Translations under genes and position numbers: made by a program | Part shown: positions 39,361 through 53,309 of the stretch, in pieces | Position numbering within the stretch: the first letter of the stretch is position 1 | Layout: every line of letters starts with the position of its first letter | The notes under the pieces: model-generated | Told to the model about the DNA's origin: nothing | Databases searched by the model: none | Seen by the model: the letters and a program-made list of their open reading frames with translations, nothing else | From: Ylistrum balloti | Taxonomy: Eukaryota | Direction: 5' to 3' | Length of the DNA stretch: 64,000 nucleotides | Assembly (NCBI RefSeq): GCF_031769215.1 | Contig: NW_026782542.1 | Coordinates: 434,001-498,000 of the forward strand

Positions 39361-41900
39361 CTCTCTATAAATACAGGCGATAATTTCCTCACATCATCTA
39401 GTGTGATTAAATTGGATTGTTTCTAAAAGCGATAGTTTAATGTCTTTATTTAATCCCGAATAGTCTGGAATACCGCTGTTTTCACGCTGGTCTGACCAAG
39501 CCCACAGAGTAGCAATATCCTCTACCTAAAGTTACAATCAGGTTCCATGTGCTGCAGATATTCCTGTAGCTACCGAGATCAACCAGAAGCTCTCTATTAA
39601 AAGTGTAGTGGATGATCCAATCTACTAGAACGAACGCGCGCAGATATAAGGAGTCCCTGGGGAAAACAGTAGTGCCAAGCATACTGAATACTTCATTCTT
39701 AATATTATTTTATTAAAAAGTATTAAAAAATGTGGTTTTTGATGATTTTCTATTCATGGCTGTCGTTCCCGTGATCCGACGTAGTGATGTATTGATTTAG
39801 AGAGACATTTCATAGGTCTGTTTCATAATTACAAAAAGCACGGATACATTCCTTCTGTAAATAGCACCTGATGCCTGCTACCCAAATGAAGGATAGTTAT
39901 GTCTTTCTGTACCATAAGTTCTCCTTTACCACATTTGATTTAGGGAATAGATTTTTATAACAGAAATAAAAATCAGTGGCATGTATAGTCCGTTTCATGA
40001 TACAAACTAGTTAATCTACAATATAATATACATGTATTATGGTCAGTTTCACAACACTAATTAATTTATCTAATCTACCAGGGATTTACTTGTATTATGG
40101 CCTCTTTCATAAAACCAATCTATTAATCTACCGGAGATTTTACATGAATAGCCTTTACCAGACTTCTCTATTTTGTGTAGTTAAACCCTTCCCTATCTCT
40201 GCAGTTCTTTTCCAGTCCACAACAGTTTTGTTCTTCTTGTAATATTGCACTCCCTGTATAACCCTATTCAATAATGTGTTTATTTATTAATTGGCATATC
40301 GTTATTCTATATCTATTAGATACACACAAATCTACAACACAAGCGTATAAGTTAGAACAATGCTAAAAAAGGAAATATAATCAATTCTGTTCGTCGGAGT
40401 GTTGATCTGTTATGGATACCATTTTTTCATTAAACACATTAAAATGCGTATGCCAGTAATATCAAAATTTTCATTAAATATACGTAATTGTATGTATAAT
40501 TTTTTTTTTCATTTTGCATAATAAATCAACTTTCCAAGCTCTTTTCGTGATGTAAAATGGGTAATTGAAAATATATCACGACTAATCAACTTCCGTCCTT
40601 TGTCATTGTATTATCTTAATTTTCCTTGATTTTGAAGAGTATCATTTAACTGGGCCATTTCCTCCATAAACCAACAAAAGTCCAATATTCAGGTCGTGAC
40701 GTCAGACTGTTAAATAAAAGTACAAATTTGAGAGAAGTGAAATTTCCAATAAAATTTTGCTTTTATTAACAGTAACCGAATGAAATCTAAATACACCAAA
40801 TTGGTGTATATTTCGTACACTCTGCTGCCCATCCCTAAACAAATGAAATTTGTATTCAGTACCTAACATAGGATTAATAGATGCCTAAATTTGTTTTTAT
40901 AAGACATACAAAGTCAAACAATTATATGCTATGGAAATATCTCGTAAGTTTATTATAAGATAAAGTAGAAGTGCCTTTCCAAACATGAATATATATAATA
41001 TTTCCCAAAGTTCATCCTATAGACCAACAAATTAGGGCTTGTTTAATATGCTATATGTATTTTGTCATTTGATTCTGTAATGATTAAATAATATCATTTT
41101 AAATATATTAAAACATTGATTTACTATAGAATTAACCTGCATTTCTAGACTCACAATTGATTAAGATTTGCTGGCTTTTTAAGGTTATGGAAGGTGAACA
41201 TTTTCTGGTATCCCCTAGCCTGGTCTATTTCCCTTCGGTGAAACCGAATTATAAATGATTGGTCATTGTTAACTTTGTTTTTGCACCGATACAAACGAGG
41301 AAATTTTTTTTTCAAAAAGGCAATAGTTGTAAAAGACCTTTATCTAAGTTGATCCGCCAGGTTTCTCTTATATTACAACAAAGTTTATATATAAGATTTG
41401 TATTCAAATATTGAAATGTATAAATTGTGCAATTCTCTCCATCTTTTTCTTGCACAACATCATTACTAGTATCTTTATAAACAAGAATATAAACTTTGAG
41501 AGCACATTTATATTATAAAGTAATAATAAGACTGCTGTACTTTTAAAAGGCAAAAAAACTCGTTTATTATAACATATAAATTAATTGATTAATATCATAT
41601 TTACATCAAAAACATGCATCAAAGAAAACAAAATTATTGACGTTTGTTAAACACACATTTGAATAATTAAAAAATAATACTGTAAACGTACTTAAGTGTA
41701 CTATCAGTATGGAATAAACAAGCGTAATGACGTAAACAGATACATTACAAGACGAGCAGAAACGACAGTGAGTGCATGTATATTCCAGCGCAAAACTGCT
41801 ACCGTGAAACAAACGCTTAAATAAGATTCTATCTAAAATATGTACGTTTACGTAACGCTAATAAGTTTTAAAACTTGCTGGAATTTATCAGAAGGTAAAA

Positions 41901-42028
41901 TGATGGACAATAATCCACAGTGAGTTTTATGAGATTATCGAAGTGTTACATGGTGGACAATAATTCACAGTGAGTTTCATGATTCATGAGATTATCGAAG
42001 TGTTACATGGTGGACAAGAATTCAGTGA
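41901..42028. repeat. ~50-57-bp tandem repeat, ~2.5 copies
   Basis: TGGACAATAAT(C/T)CACAGTGAGTTT...ATGAGATTATCGAAGTGTTACATGG repeated. Confidence 0.85.
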
Positions 42029-45000
42029 CTTCCATTAGTTTTTTCGGTAGGTTACGCGATATAAAATAGTTTGCAGTGAAAACGTACGTGGATTTTCGGT
42101 TATTATATATTGTGATTTGGATAGCATAATCTTTTTCTCCTAGGTTTAAATTTTTTGATTATTATCACTAACGAGTCCTAGAAGATTAGAACCGCAGCAT
42201 GTTGCAGTTGAATCTAGTATTTGACTCTTAATTCTAAATTTGTATTCAAATGTACTGTTAACGTGTGTTTCTTTGTATAATCTTTGCTAGTAAAATGCAA
42301 AACAGGAATGTATTATCATTTATATTTGAATACTCAAAATAATTATCACGTTTAACCTAAATATATCCTGTTTCAGTCCTCTTTACCAACAACGAATGTG
42401 TAAGCTTCGAGAAAAAATGTCACTGGATGCGAATTACTGAGAATGTATTGAAACGATTATTTGTATGATAGTTACACTCAAATCAAAGAATTGTTCCTCG
42501 GCTCTCTTTGTCAGCGTATACCACCTGCTGCTCCTCATCGAAACAATAGACATGATTGATTTAGAGTAAATATGAGAACATTTCATTGGCTATTTAATCC
42601 GGAAGTAGGATTGTCATTTACATTGACAAATTAATATATTTTTCAGCATCAAACCAATATGCTAGTGAGCACAGATTCCATAAAATGCAGGGCAGCTCAA
42701 ACTTCTTTAATGGTCTTACCGACACGTCAAACGACATCGTAATTTCCTTTTCAGTAATAAAATTTAGTTTGGAAAGACCGTCCATCCCCTGAAACATTCT
42801 CTAAAACGGAACTTTATCGAGTAATAAAATGTAATTTCAACATGACTTGCAGTAGATCTTCACAAACGCCATTGACATCCTGTTTAAATGCCACTTATTT
42901 TCCTACCGTCTCGGCTATGGCCTTTTAAGTCCATCTTTTCTCAAGCCATTGAATGTTATTAAGACAAATGAGTCATGTTGAATTTTTATCAGACAAAATG
43001 AAATAATACTTAGCCCTGTAACTATACTATCTGGACTTATGCGATTGTTATTGCAGATTAAAAACAAATAGATAATGCTTGCATGATTCTGCCCTTGCAA
43101 TACAACATTCTCAAAAATCTTGATGTGATCCCTTGCTGCTTATGGTAATTATGGCCAATTGTACTAAGCGAAGGGTTATAAGAACAATGGCGAGCTTATT
43201 TTTAACAAAGCGGACATAAGTGACCACTACAATGATAGGATTATTGCAATTGAGATACTAGTATCGTATTCCTGATAATTTCTGTCACTGTAGCAAGTAT
43301 GTTTTGTCTCATCAATATAGCAATTCAATACAAAGTCACATGATACAATTTTACAATTCGTTTAGGGATTCAGAACATATGAGACTTATCATTATTTCAA
43401 CCAAAATACGCTTAGTCCAGTAGGCTAAGCTTTGTAGGGTGTTTCTAATATAAACTATTACTTATCAGATAGATACAGGGACAAGATATGTCATATTACT
43501 TTTATAAGGCTTTATAACTACAAAAAAGTAACTGTGTTTCGAATATATAGGCTTTTAATAAAAACATATATGGTAAAGGGAATCTTTAGATGAACAGCTG
43601 CAATCTAAGGTAGCAGGAAACAGTCAAGTTGCATTTTTCCTGAAATTATTGGTCATGTTAGAGAAAGAGAAGTATAGCAGATTAGTTATGTAAATACATA
43701 ATTACATATATATATATTTATAAACTACAACAATTACATTATCAGTAGGGAGATTAAATTTGTTTAAATAAAAAATTTCTTCTTATTTCTGACATTTTAT
43801 TGTCATGGTTACCTACTGAAAAATGATAAAAATACTGCTAATTCCACCCTAACACCACAACTTTCTAGAAGAAATTTAATTCTAAACACCTATATTAGAA
43901 CCCCACATTGTCCACTTTAACATGACAAGACCAATTTCAGCAAGGATTTACTTTTTGCAATTTTAATTAAAACCTTTATAATGGGGTTATCTGATGAGCA
44001 AAAAAAATCACCCTTGGCCACACCGAGAAACTGTGTACTGCTACCTAACAGAAAACATACTGAAAACAACTAGACCACACAATGCACGAACATGCCAAAA
44101 TTATTTTAATTCCAAAAAGGACATAACTAGTAAAACAAAAAACATTAATCAAACGAAATCAAAGAGTAACAATTGCGATTTCAGTTGTAAGACAATAACC
44201 AAACCCTTCTGTTGAAACTTTTGTTGTGAATGTCACTTATGCATGCTGAATCTTCCGGCACATCTGGTTGTGTTCTAGGTATGTTTCCTCTTTTAATCAC
44301 ACTTTATTCATATCCAAATTTCAATTATGAGACAGGAATATGTTTTGTCCACGCGTTTGATCATTTATTTGCCCTCAGATAAGTTAAAGTGTCGGATTGA
44401 TACATCGATATTCGATAGCTGAACGAGTGACATTTATAAATATACGTAAACCTCAGAAAAAAAAAACCTTTTTCATTATTTTGCTTTCTCCAATCTTAAT
44501 ATCGACACTAGAGGGCAAACCTAGAATGACCTTCTCTATGTCTGTCTTAACCGTGTGTCAAAGTGTCGAATTTATCATGGTGTAGGTGCTCAGTAGTTGA
44601 TAGATTTACATTTGACGATTAATGGAATACCTGGGCCCAAACACTTCTCAGTTGGAGAGACGAGTCCATATATATAGAATTGATCTTTAACGGAAATACA
44701 TGTTTTATATTATAAGAGAACCTGCATTACAACGGAGCATATATCTTGTTTTTGGAGAGGTTCTCATTAAATCGCCAACTACCACCTGCGTCTACTTACG
44801 CGTGTAAGTGGACGGTGTCAAGCTGTAGCATCGTAATGAGACGGTATCCAAATATAAGTCACATTTAGTATCAAAGGATATGAATATAGAAATAGAAATT
44901 GTTAAAAATTGAGTTTATTGATAAAATTACGTGAATAGAATCTTACGTTATTTCAAAAAGTCTGCTTTATCCTTTTTATATCATAAATATTTACACTGTA

Positions 45001-45292
45001 ATATTATCATATCGGTCACTTGTTTTGTTTTATCCTGGAGAAGCACAATCTTATTTAAGATAAAATGTCTAAATCTTGCCTCTCCCTGACCGAAATATAT
45101 TGGAAATTTTTATTTATCCATCTCTCTATCAAAAACTATGCTTTCGCATTAAAAAGTTCTTATTTGTTTTGACAACCGTTTTCAAAGGCAGAATTTATTA
45201 ATTGAATATTAAACCGAAAAGAAAATGAAATAACACGAATTAACTCTGTTATGTACGAATTTCACGAAATCCATTAATTCGTCTTAATAAAT

Positions 45293-45690
45293 TATTATTA
45301 ATACTATTATCATTACAATCTTAACGGCTTGTCAACACATAAAAGGTCATTAGGGCCATCAAACATGGAAATAACATCAAATAAGCTAAAAGGTAAAAAA
45401 AAAATGCTAATAATCTTAAATGGTCATATTATCATTAACTTTTAAAATGGTAAGTCATATTCTATAATATAGACCAACATCTTTCAGATAAGTTAGAATT
45501 TGATTAATCTCAACATTTTCAAAAAGGGTCTTTAGATTTGTAACGTTACGATAAAAAATTCTCGTATAGACAGAAGGTCAATGCAATCCAATAAAAAAGT
45601 TAAACGGTGAATGACTCGGCTCATTCATTGACCGAGGATTATATTGGCCTTTCAACTTATATAACCTCGGTGCATAGGATGTGATGTTGA
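45293..45690 (-). mobile_element. I-group LINE 3' end with a short inverted piece at its 5' junction
   Basis: TAA-rich tail, CTTAACGGCTTGTCAACACATAAAAGGTCATTAGGGCCATC and GACAGAAGGTCAATGCAATCCAATAA. At ~45661-45688, ATAACCTCGGTGCATAGGATGTGATG is family sequence in the opposite orientation. Confidence 0.88.
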
Positions 45691-48016
45691 AAATGCAAAT
45701 TTTCGATTATTTTACGAAGTCAAAACCGTATAGCAACCGAAAGTGTTTCGAAGATTACGAAAGGAACTGCAATTATCGGATCCAAGAAGAGTGATCCACA
45801 CATATTTCAAGTTAGGGTACTTGGGTGATGATTGAACTTGTAGAAAGCCATTCAAGACTTCTAGAATTATTATCTAGAGATGTTCCTTAACAACCAGTAT
45901 ATGTTGATATTGTTGATGCCGTTAAGCTAATTACTCCATAAACTATGCCGTACAAATGTAGTCCAAAAGCAAACAAATGTACAAAAGTCAATAAGTGCAT
46001 TCCTTAACTCATAAGTACAGCTATAGGTAATGAAGCATATAAAAGCGTAAAAGTTCCAATATTCATTTAAAATATAATTAACCCTACACATCATCAGCAT
46101 TTTTCAGCCAACCATAAGAGTAGCCTACTAAGAAAGTAAATCATCATGTTATAGAATAACAATAATATCAAACATACAGACAGACACCAAACGCTTCGCT
46201 AGTCAATTTGTTGTTTTCTAAAATCACAAAAAAGCTTTATTAGTCTTGAATCTAAACCGCAGGATGTGCCCGCATGTTACGAAAACCATATGAGACGTGT
46301 CATTTGCAGCCGGATTGTTTGTGTGGAGGTACATACTGTTAGTGAATGGGATACAGTTGCTTGCCCTAGAGTAGAGTGTTTTACAAATACATTTAGGGTA
46401 GTTGATATTCTTACAATATCTGTGCATGACAAGATAAATGGCGAGATTTAAAAAGTCATAGTGTGTGTCAGTATACAATTAGAAACCATCGACGAATTAC
46501 ACTGCTATGTTCAAATTAAAAACAAAATCTGTTTAGAAATTTAAATAACTCGACAACCATCTTTGCTCAGATTGCGCATCGTGTGTCGTGCATACAGTAG
46601 TACCTCGTTATTTTGTTTCAAATCTTAAAAGTAGAATCGCAATCACGCTTAAAAAATCTGATCCTAATACTGCCTTTTACCCAGATTGTTTCGGATAGAG
46701 AACCTTTTACCTGGATACAGATGTAGTTGGATGAAAACACCTCCTACTACTTGTAGTTGAAATCTTCAGTTTTTATGCTTTTGTCGAAATATCAATTAAT
46801 TAATACCCAATGAAGCTTTTTTGAAATTGACACAAATGTTTTTTTTTTTTTTTTTAAATAGATATTCAGAATGCCAATTGCATGTTCACTTTTATATACT
46901 GCATTTCCCTAAAAAAACAAAAAAAGACAAACAAAAAAGAAACAACAACAACACATACACACACAAACAAAATAAAATAAAACAACAAAAATGGAAACAA
47001 AAAACAAACAAACAAAACATAAACATCTGTCCTTATTTTGTTACATTCGGTGATCTCTACCTGGTACCCTATGGCATTAATTCCCGTGATTTTAGCCCCA
47101 GAACACTCGCCGTTTTGCTACATAAAGATATAATTTTAATGTATTAAAAACTGTAATGTTTTCAAAAACATTTCACTGTTTTGACAAAATTAATGATATC
47201 TCGCTTGTAATTTGAACAGGTGAAAATATCGATATTCTGTCATAATTGTGAAAAATAATGTAAATATTGAACGGAATACATCAGGATATAACACAATGCT
47301 GTATTGAAAACAAGACTAAGACAGGAAAATATCTATTTGACACAGACAGGGCGTGCGGTGTTTATGCCTATCGTTAAAAATGTGTTCGTAAACACGTATA
47401 TCTTAAGCTTCAAAACGTAGATCATAATATCCTTAAACATGCATGTATCACTTGCTGTATATCGTCGAAAGGCAACTTAATATGATCATGCACCATAAAA
47501 GTACAAATGGATCGAATTTTTACTTCCCTTTTAACATTAGATGGAAACAAATCCAGTTTAGTTACAATACAAAAGGGGAAAAATAACAAATTATGGTAAC
47601 GAAATGAACAACAGCATCACGGAAAAGGAAATAAATTCAACTTGGGACGCAAAAGTGCTCAACCTACAGTACAAATCCCAGTGACAGATGGAAGCTGGGT
47701 TGATAGAAACGGATTTCAGAGCTACGTGTTGCCTCTGGCAATGGACTACAGCGACTAACTTAGTTTTGTTTTCTTGGAATCATTCACGATATAATAAAAA
47801 TCACGAACGCGTGTCGACTTCAGAACAGGCTCCAAAACATCAACCCTTGTTTATCTCTTTTTAAACCCATTTAGACGTAGCTTTTTATTTCACTTTTGGA
47901 ATTCATATTTGACTGTATGTTTCATAAGAAGATTTAAAAATAGCCATTGTACTATAATCCAAAGTGCAACTACTTTCTGAGTAAACAGAGAAATAAACAA
48001 TAAAATACGTTCGTAA

Positions 48017-48018
<2 letters not shown>

Positions 48019-48051
<33 letters not shown>
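48019..48051. repeat. (GAT)11 microsatellite
   Basis: Perfect trinucleotide run. Confidence 0.98.
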
Positions 48052-48052
<1 letters not shown>

Positions 48053-48434
48053 GACATCTTCTGATACATGTGATTGATTTTCAATTCGGAAATAATTACT
48101 AAAAATATTGAATAATGTTTAACAAATATTATTTGAATCTCTTTTCATGTTTATTAGATCTAGAGAATAACAATGTGTGCATGCTAAGCACACATGATAC
48201 AATTACAGGACAGGAAAGTTATTCATCCTTATGGGAATTAAAGGACGCTACGTACTCAATTTTGTAAAACGAATTTACAAAACATACATAACCAAAGTAT
48301 CTGTAAATCAATGTGCCGTTTGGTGACGCTGTAGTATAAATAGAAGACATTTTGACTAATTTGATATATCGTTTTCATTGACATCAAGTATATTTTAAAC
48401 CTGAAGAAATTAAGGCTGAAAAACATGAAAAGAT

Positions 48435-48680
48435 TCCTACTTCACTGATGTGACCATCTTATCTATTTCTTGAGTGTTACCAAATTCTGCTTCACTGATG
48501 TGGTGATCTTGCCCGTTTCTGAGTGTGGTTAAATCATGCTTAACTGATATGGCTAAATCCTGCTTCATTGATATGGTCATTTTATCCATCTCTGAGTATG
48601 GCTAAATTCTGAATTACTGATGTGATTACCCGAATCAAAGCGTGGCTTAATCCTGCCACAATGATGTTGCTGTCTTAATC
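48435..48680. repeat. degenerate ~50-bp tandem repeat, ~5 copies
   Basis: Recurrent AAATTCTGCTTCACTGATGTGG...TTTCTGAGTGTGG with subunit-level deletions. Confidence 0.75.
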
Positions 48681-48778
48681 GTTAAGGAGAGTAAAACGCA
48701 GACTGTAATATTTTGTTGTTTACATGGAAGAAGTCTTATAAAATTTAAAAACTGCCCAACCAGTACCACCGATTCATA

Positions 48779-50273
48779 TACTGAAAGGATAAAGAAACGC
48801 AGGGTAATATTTATTCCGATATTTTGAAAACGCGTTCTCCAAATAAAGTGAAACTTTATGGATTGAGTAATTAGGTCATATTAAACCTTGTCATGTATAT
48901 TAAGTCACGGTACAGTGCGCAGCTCTGGTAAATTGAGGAAGGACAAAAAACAAGAATCTTGTGCACCGTGTTGTTCTGGTCTCATGCAGCGGTGGTCAAG
49001 TCATTCTTCGTTAGTCTTTATACAGACCAACTGCTTCCCTAAAATTAATTGAGAATTTGATTCGTGTTAAGAATGGCACGACTCACAGAAATTCAGAGGG
49101 GTCAGGCCATTCAGATGCTGTTGCAAGGAAAGCTGCAAAATCAGGTTGCTAGGCACTTTGGTGTTAATGTTTCCACCATAGAACGTCTTGTAAGACGTCT
49201 TCGGGAAACTGGGCGATTGGCCGATCGACCTAGGTCAGGACGTCCGCGCGTAACGTCACGCCGTCAGGATCGCTATATCGTCGTCTCTCATGTGGGTAAT
49301 CGGCGCCTTACTGCCGTTGAGAGTGCACTTAATGTTCGTGGAAATCATGGGCGTCCTATAAGTTCAAAAACTGTAAGGAATCGATTACGAGAAGTTGGTG
49401 TAAGAGCACGTCGCCCCTATGTAGGTCAACACCTTACCCCTACTCGACGTCAGCGTCGTATGGCCTGGGTCGCTGCACATGCTCCACTGAGGCAGTGGAG
49501 ACAAGTTTCCTCACGGACGAGTCTCGATTCTGTCTTTATCGATCTGACGGCCGTCAACGTGTCTACCGACGTCGTGGCGAACGTTTAACGGACGCTTGCG
49601 TTGTAGAGAGGGATAGGTTTGGGGCGGTTCAGTAATGGTGTGGGGAGGAATCTCAAACGGGTTAAAATCACAATTGGTTGTTATTGATGGCAAGTATAGA
49701 GATGATCCTCCGACCCCATGTTATCCCTTTCTTACAGCAGCATAATCTAACCCTCCAGCAGGATAATGCTAGGCCCCACGTAGCAAGGATTTGCCAAGTC
49801 TTTCTGGCCAACAACAACATTCAACCACTAGATTGGCCGCCATATAGCCCTGATTTGTCCCCGATCGAGCATCTTTGGGACCAGTTGGATAGACAGGTTC
49901 GAAAGCGCCAGCCACCCCTTGCTACTCGAGAGCAGTTGACCAGAGCTCTGATTGAAGAGTGGGACAACATCCCCATAAGACGGATTAACGCTCTCATGAA
50001 CTCTATGACCAGAAGACTAAGGGCCGTGACCACAGCAAACGGCGGACACACAAGATATTGATGACTCTGTTCAATTTCAATTTCAATCCTATGGGTCCAT
50101 TCAATTTAATCGTTAGTACCTCTAAACCAATTGTCAGATGCAAAATACAGACTTGGGAATTTTTTAAGCTTTAATTTATCTGTAAGTATACAAAATTTCG
50201 TTTTAAATAAAGCCCGATAGCATACTTAATTGCTGGATTAAAGTTCACCCTGCGTTTCTTTATCCTTTTTGTA
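48779..50273 (+). mobile_element. Tc1-family DNA transposon, full length (~1.5 kb), non-autonomous
   Basis: TIRs TACTGAAAGGATAAAGAAACGCAGGGT (48779-48805) and, on the reverse strand, TACAAAAAGGATAAAGAAACGCAGGGT (50247-50273), with 2 mismatches. Both are flanked by TA and enclose a transposase. Confidence 0.95.
49073..50061 (+). pseudogene. Tc1 DD34E transposase with three frameshifts
   Basis: N-terminal paired-like HTH (MARLTEIQRGQAIQML...VSTIERL), RSGRPR linker, TDESRF (D at 49516), SVMVWGGI, QQDNARPH (D at 49762) and WPPYSPDLSPIEHLW (E at 49867), with 34 residues between D and E. Frameshifts near 49510, 49624 and 49703, plus a short deletion before YRD. Confidence 0.95.
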
Positions 50274-53200
50274 TATTATATTATAGATAATATTGTTTAC
50301 ATGCTTGAACAGTGACTTTTTCATGTCTTTGCTCGGGGATATTTTGAAATGAAGACGACGAACGTCACACTACAACCTACAACCTTAATCTATTATAATG
50401 TAACCTTCACCTTGACCTTATTTTGATTAGAATTTCAGTTGAAGAATGTCGCCATACGTAGACGATGCAGTTAATTTCCCTTTCCTTGTTAATATCCCTG
50501 GGTAACGAGGATTTACCGCCTCTGACGGAATTTACATATCAGTTTACAATTAGAGGCAGCGTTGGCGTCAAAAATAGATTGTATTTAACCTTCCTGAATA
50601 TGTTAGTTTAACGAACGAATTAATCTTGTTTCCCCATTTTAGCATTATTTATAAACAGATATTGGAATGGTAAAGTAAAACAGCAGTGTTTAAATAGTTA
50701 GTTAGTATCGGTTTGATATGTAATCTACATAGATTTCCTACAAGGAAAGAAAAAATATAATGTTAAATTCAACATAGCATCAATATAAGCCCGTATTGTA
50801 TGAAGTTATTCGATACTTTCTTCAAGTGTTAAACAACATACGATACATGTTTTGAATTTTGCTGGTATATTTAAACCTTTTTCTGCCTCAACGTCTAGAA
50901 CCACTGAACCGCTCAACTAGATACCGTATTTGTGTGTAACAGAAATCATCAGAGTGCCTCTCTGTAAACCGGCAGGTTTCACGCTACCTGCGGGTGATTA
51001 CATTCCCCAATTATGTTATTCTTGAAACCTATTTTTCTTCAGGGTCTGATATTAGTTTTCGTTACAAAATAATGCTTCCTCACGTTTTCTTCGAATCCTG
51101 ATATACAAATTAGTCGTCTTCGTGGTCATTTTTAAAAATCAATTTTGATCATAAACATATATTATAATCTATGTAAATAGCGTTTAAATTGTTAGTCTAG
51201 TTACTCAATCCTACCATTCCTAGTGCTATGAATTCAAGGTTACAATGATGTTTTGCTTAAATAGCAGAATCAAAAGTATGTGGATTAAAAAAAACTCCAA
51301 GAGCTTTCAACCAATTTTGAACACTTGTCAAAAATATCTTTAATGAGAACATTCCAAATTAAGGGAACAACTTCGTTCTCCTCTGATTAAAGCGTTCTTT
51401 TTAAAGAATTGTGGTACTGCTTTCTGGTTGTGTATTGAAGCGTAAGTTGTGAAAAATACGTAAAAGAAAAGATAACGGAGGAAGAATTTGTTTAATTGAT
51501 CGTATTGTAGGTTACTAATACATCGTCTTCTACAACTCACCTGAAATAGAAATCAAGGACACTGCAGACTAATCATTATCAGTCGCTCACCTCGATTTTT
51601 TTCCGTTTTCCAACAGAGCTTAATCTCTGAATTTCTACCTGACTTACATGTTAATTTGATATTCAAGGGGTTGTCCTCAATATCATTATTTTCATGTAAA
51701 ATGTCGGAAACCGACAGATAAACTAGCAATATAGGATTTTAAAAGATGTAGGTTAACGAAAATGATGTGGATGTTTTACAGTCGTTGTAATGATTCCATT
51801 GGGAAATATGCATCCTTATACGATATCAAGGTGTGCTTGTTTGATGTACATTAGAATACTTGTTTCGTTGTTCTTTACTTGGTTCTCATCTGGGAATGTG
51901 ACACTACGGATTAAAAATAATTTCATGATACTTAGCAGAAGACGCTTCATCTTCCTGAACATCTGGTCTTACTCTCTGTGTACGCTTTAAGAAAATATCT
52001 GTTAATCCAGTAATATTCCAATCTTTAGTATTAAGTCCTTGTCTTATTGAATGTGAGTTTAATGTAAATTTTGTTTGCATGTTAGTATTTTATTGCTATT
52101 GTATTCATAAAATCGAATTCTGGTGGAGGCGTCGAAGATTTGAACAAATTTTTGTTTTCAGTCAGATTTTATAAACATTAATCCTCTCGTAGGCGGGAAA
52201 TTTAAATGTAATTCCACATGATACTGACATTTTAGATTATCTCAATAAGTTTTGCCTTGATTCAATGCCACAATTTAGATACATGCAAATACACTCACAA
52301 GAAAGCATGCAACCTCACACGCATTAAAATAAATCGTTTTATTCCAGTTAATGGCTACTTGCATGCAAAGAACACACTCCCCATGTCTGGTCTTTTCTGA
52401 AAGTCAGGATATAATGTTCATTATCAGTTGTGCCATACATTAAACTTTGTTTTTGGTTTTATTGCCAGTCTTCGATAACCCTGCAGATTTTGAAATTCTA
52501 GAATGGTTTATGATGTTTCAAATCCTGTGCTCCACACATTCGATCTTATATAAACAATCAGTGTATTTTATCTTTGACACAAATGATACAAGTCTCTGGT
52601 TGTCAGCGCTGATTCGGATTAAAGACTGTCGATTTAAACAAAACATATTTTCTGCTTGCGATCTTATTCTTTAGTGACGTAATCAGGACAGATACCTATC
52701 AATAAATAATGTGTTTTCTAATCAGTTATTTTATCGAGTCGGAAAACACAAAATCATATCGGTGCCTTTCTCTAGTCAAACATCGATCCAATGGCGTACA
52801 TCACACATATCTCCGTTATATATAATTGGCTGACCTTTCGCCTTTGACTTGTGACATAGCGCGTGATTTCTGACAATTCTTTCTAATACAAATATATACC
52901 CCCGATCACTAATGATTGAAAGATACTCGCATCCATGTGTCATAAGATCGTTCTTTTTATCTCACCGATATTTCATATTTACAAGCCCGATTGGTGTGCT
53001 TGATTGTGATTTATGTAGCCGGGGACTATCTTATGAATGTCAAATCGTAGTGTGACGAGACCGCGGAGGGATTGATCAATTTTTGACGCAACCAGTATTC
53101 CGCGAGAGGATCGATGGGACATATGGGAGTATGTCTGATTGTGAAAGCAATGCTTTAAACCATTTCAGCGATACAACTTTTAGTTTTTTTTATCTTTAAT

Positions 53201-53309
53201 TATTCCTAGTCGCTAAACGTAATGCTTTGATATCTGAAATGGAGTACTCCCTGAACTGTATTATCTTTCTACATGCCGAAAAAAATCCAGATTTTTCTGT
53301 TGCATTCAC

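Noticed and set aside
38827-39426. 199-aa and 149-aa Leu/Ser/Cys-rich ORFs
   Set aside because: Translations of a CT-rich low-complexity repeat.
44783-44818. Hairpin CTACTTAC-GCGT-GTAAGTGG as a Helitron 3' end
   Set aside because: No CTRR terminus at the expected distance on either strand.
48911-48917. TACAGTG as the Tc1 left end
   Set aside because: There is no matching CACTGTA at the right end, and a better 27-bp TIR pair exists at 48779 and 50273.
49511-50051. Minus-strand ORFs inside the Tc1 element
   Set aside because: Antisense shadows of the transposase.
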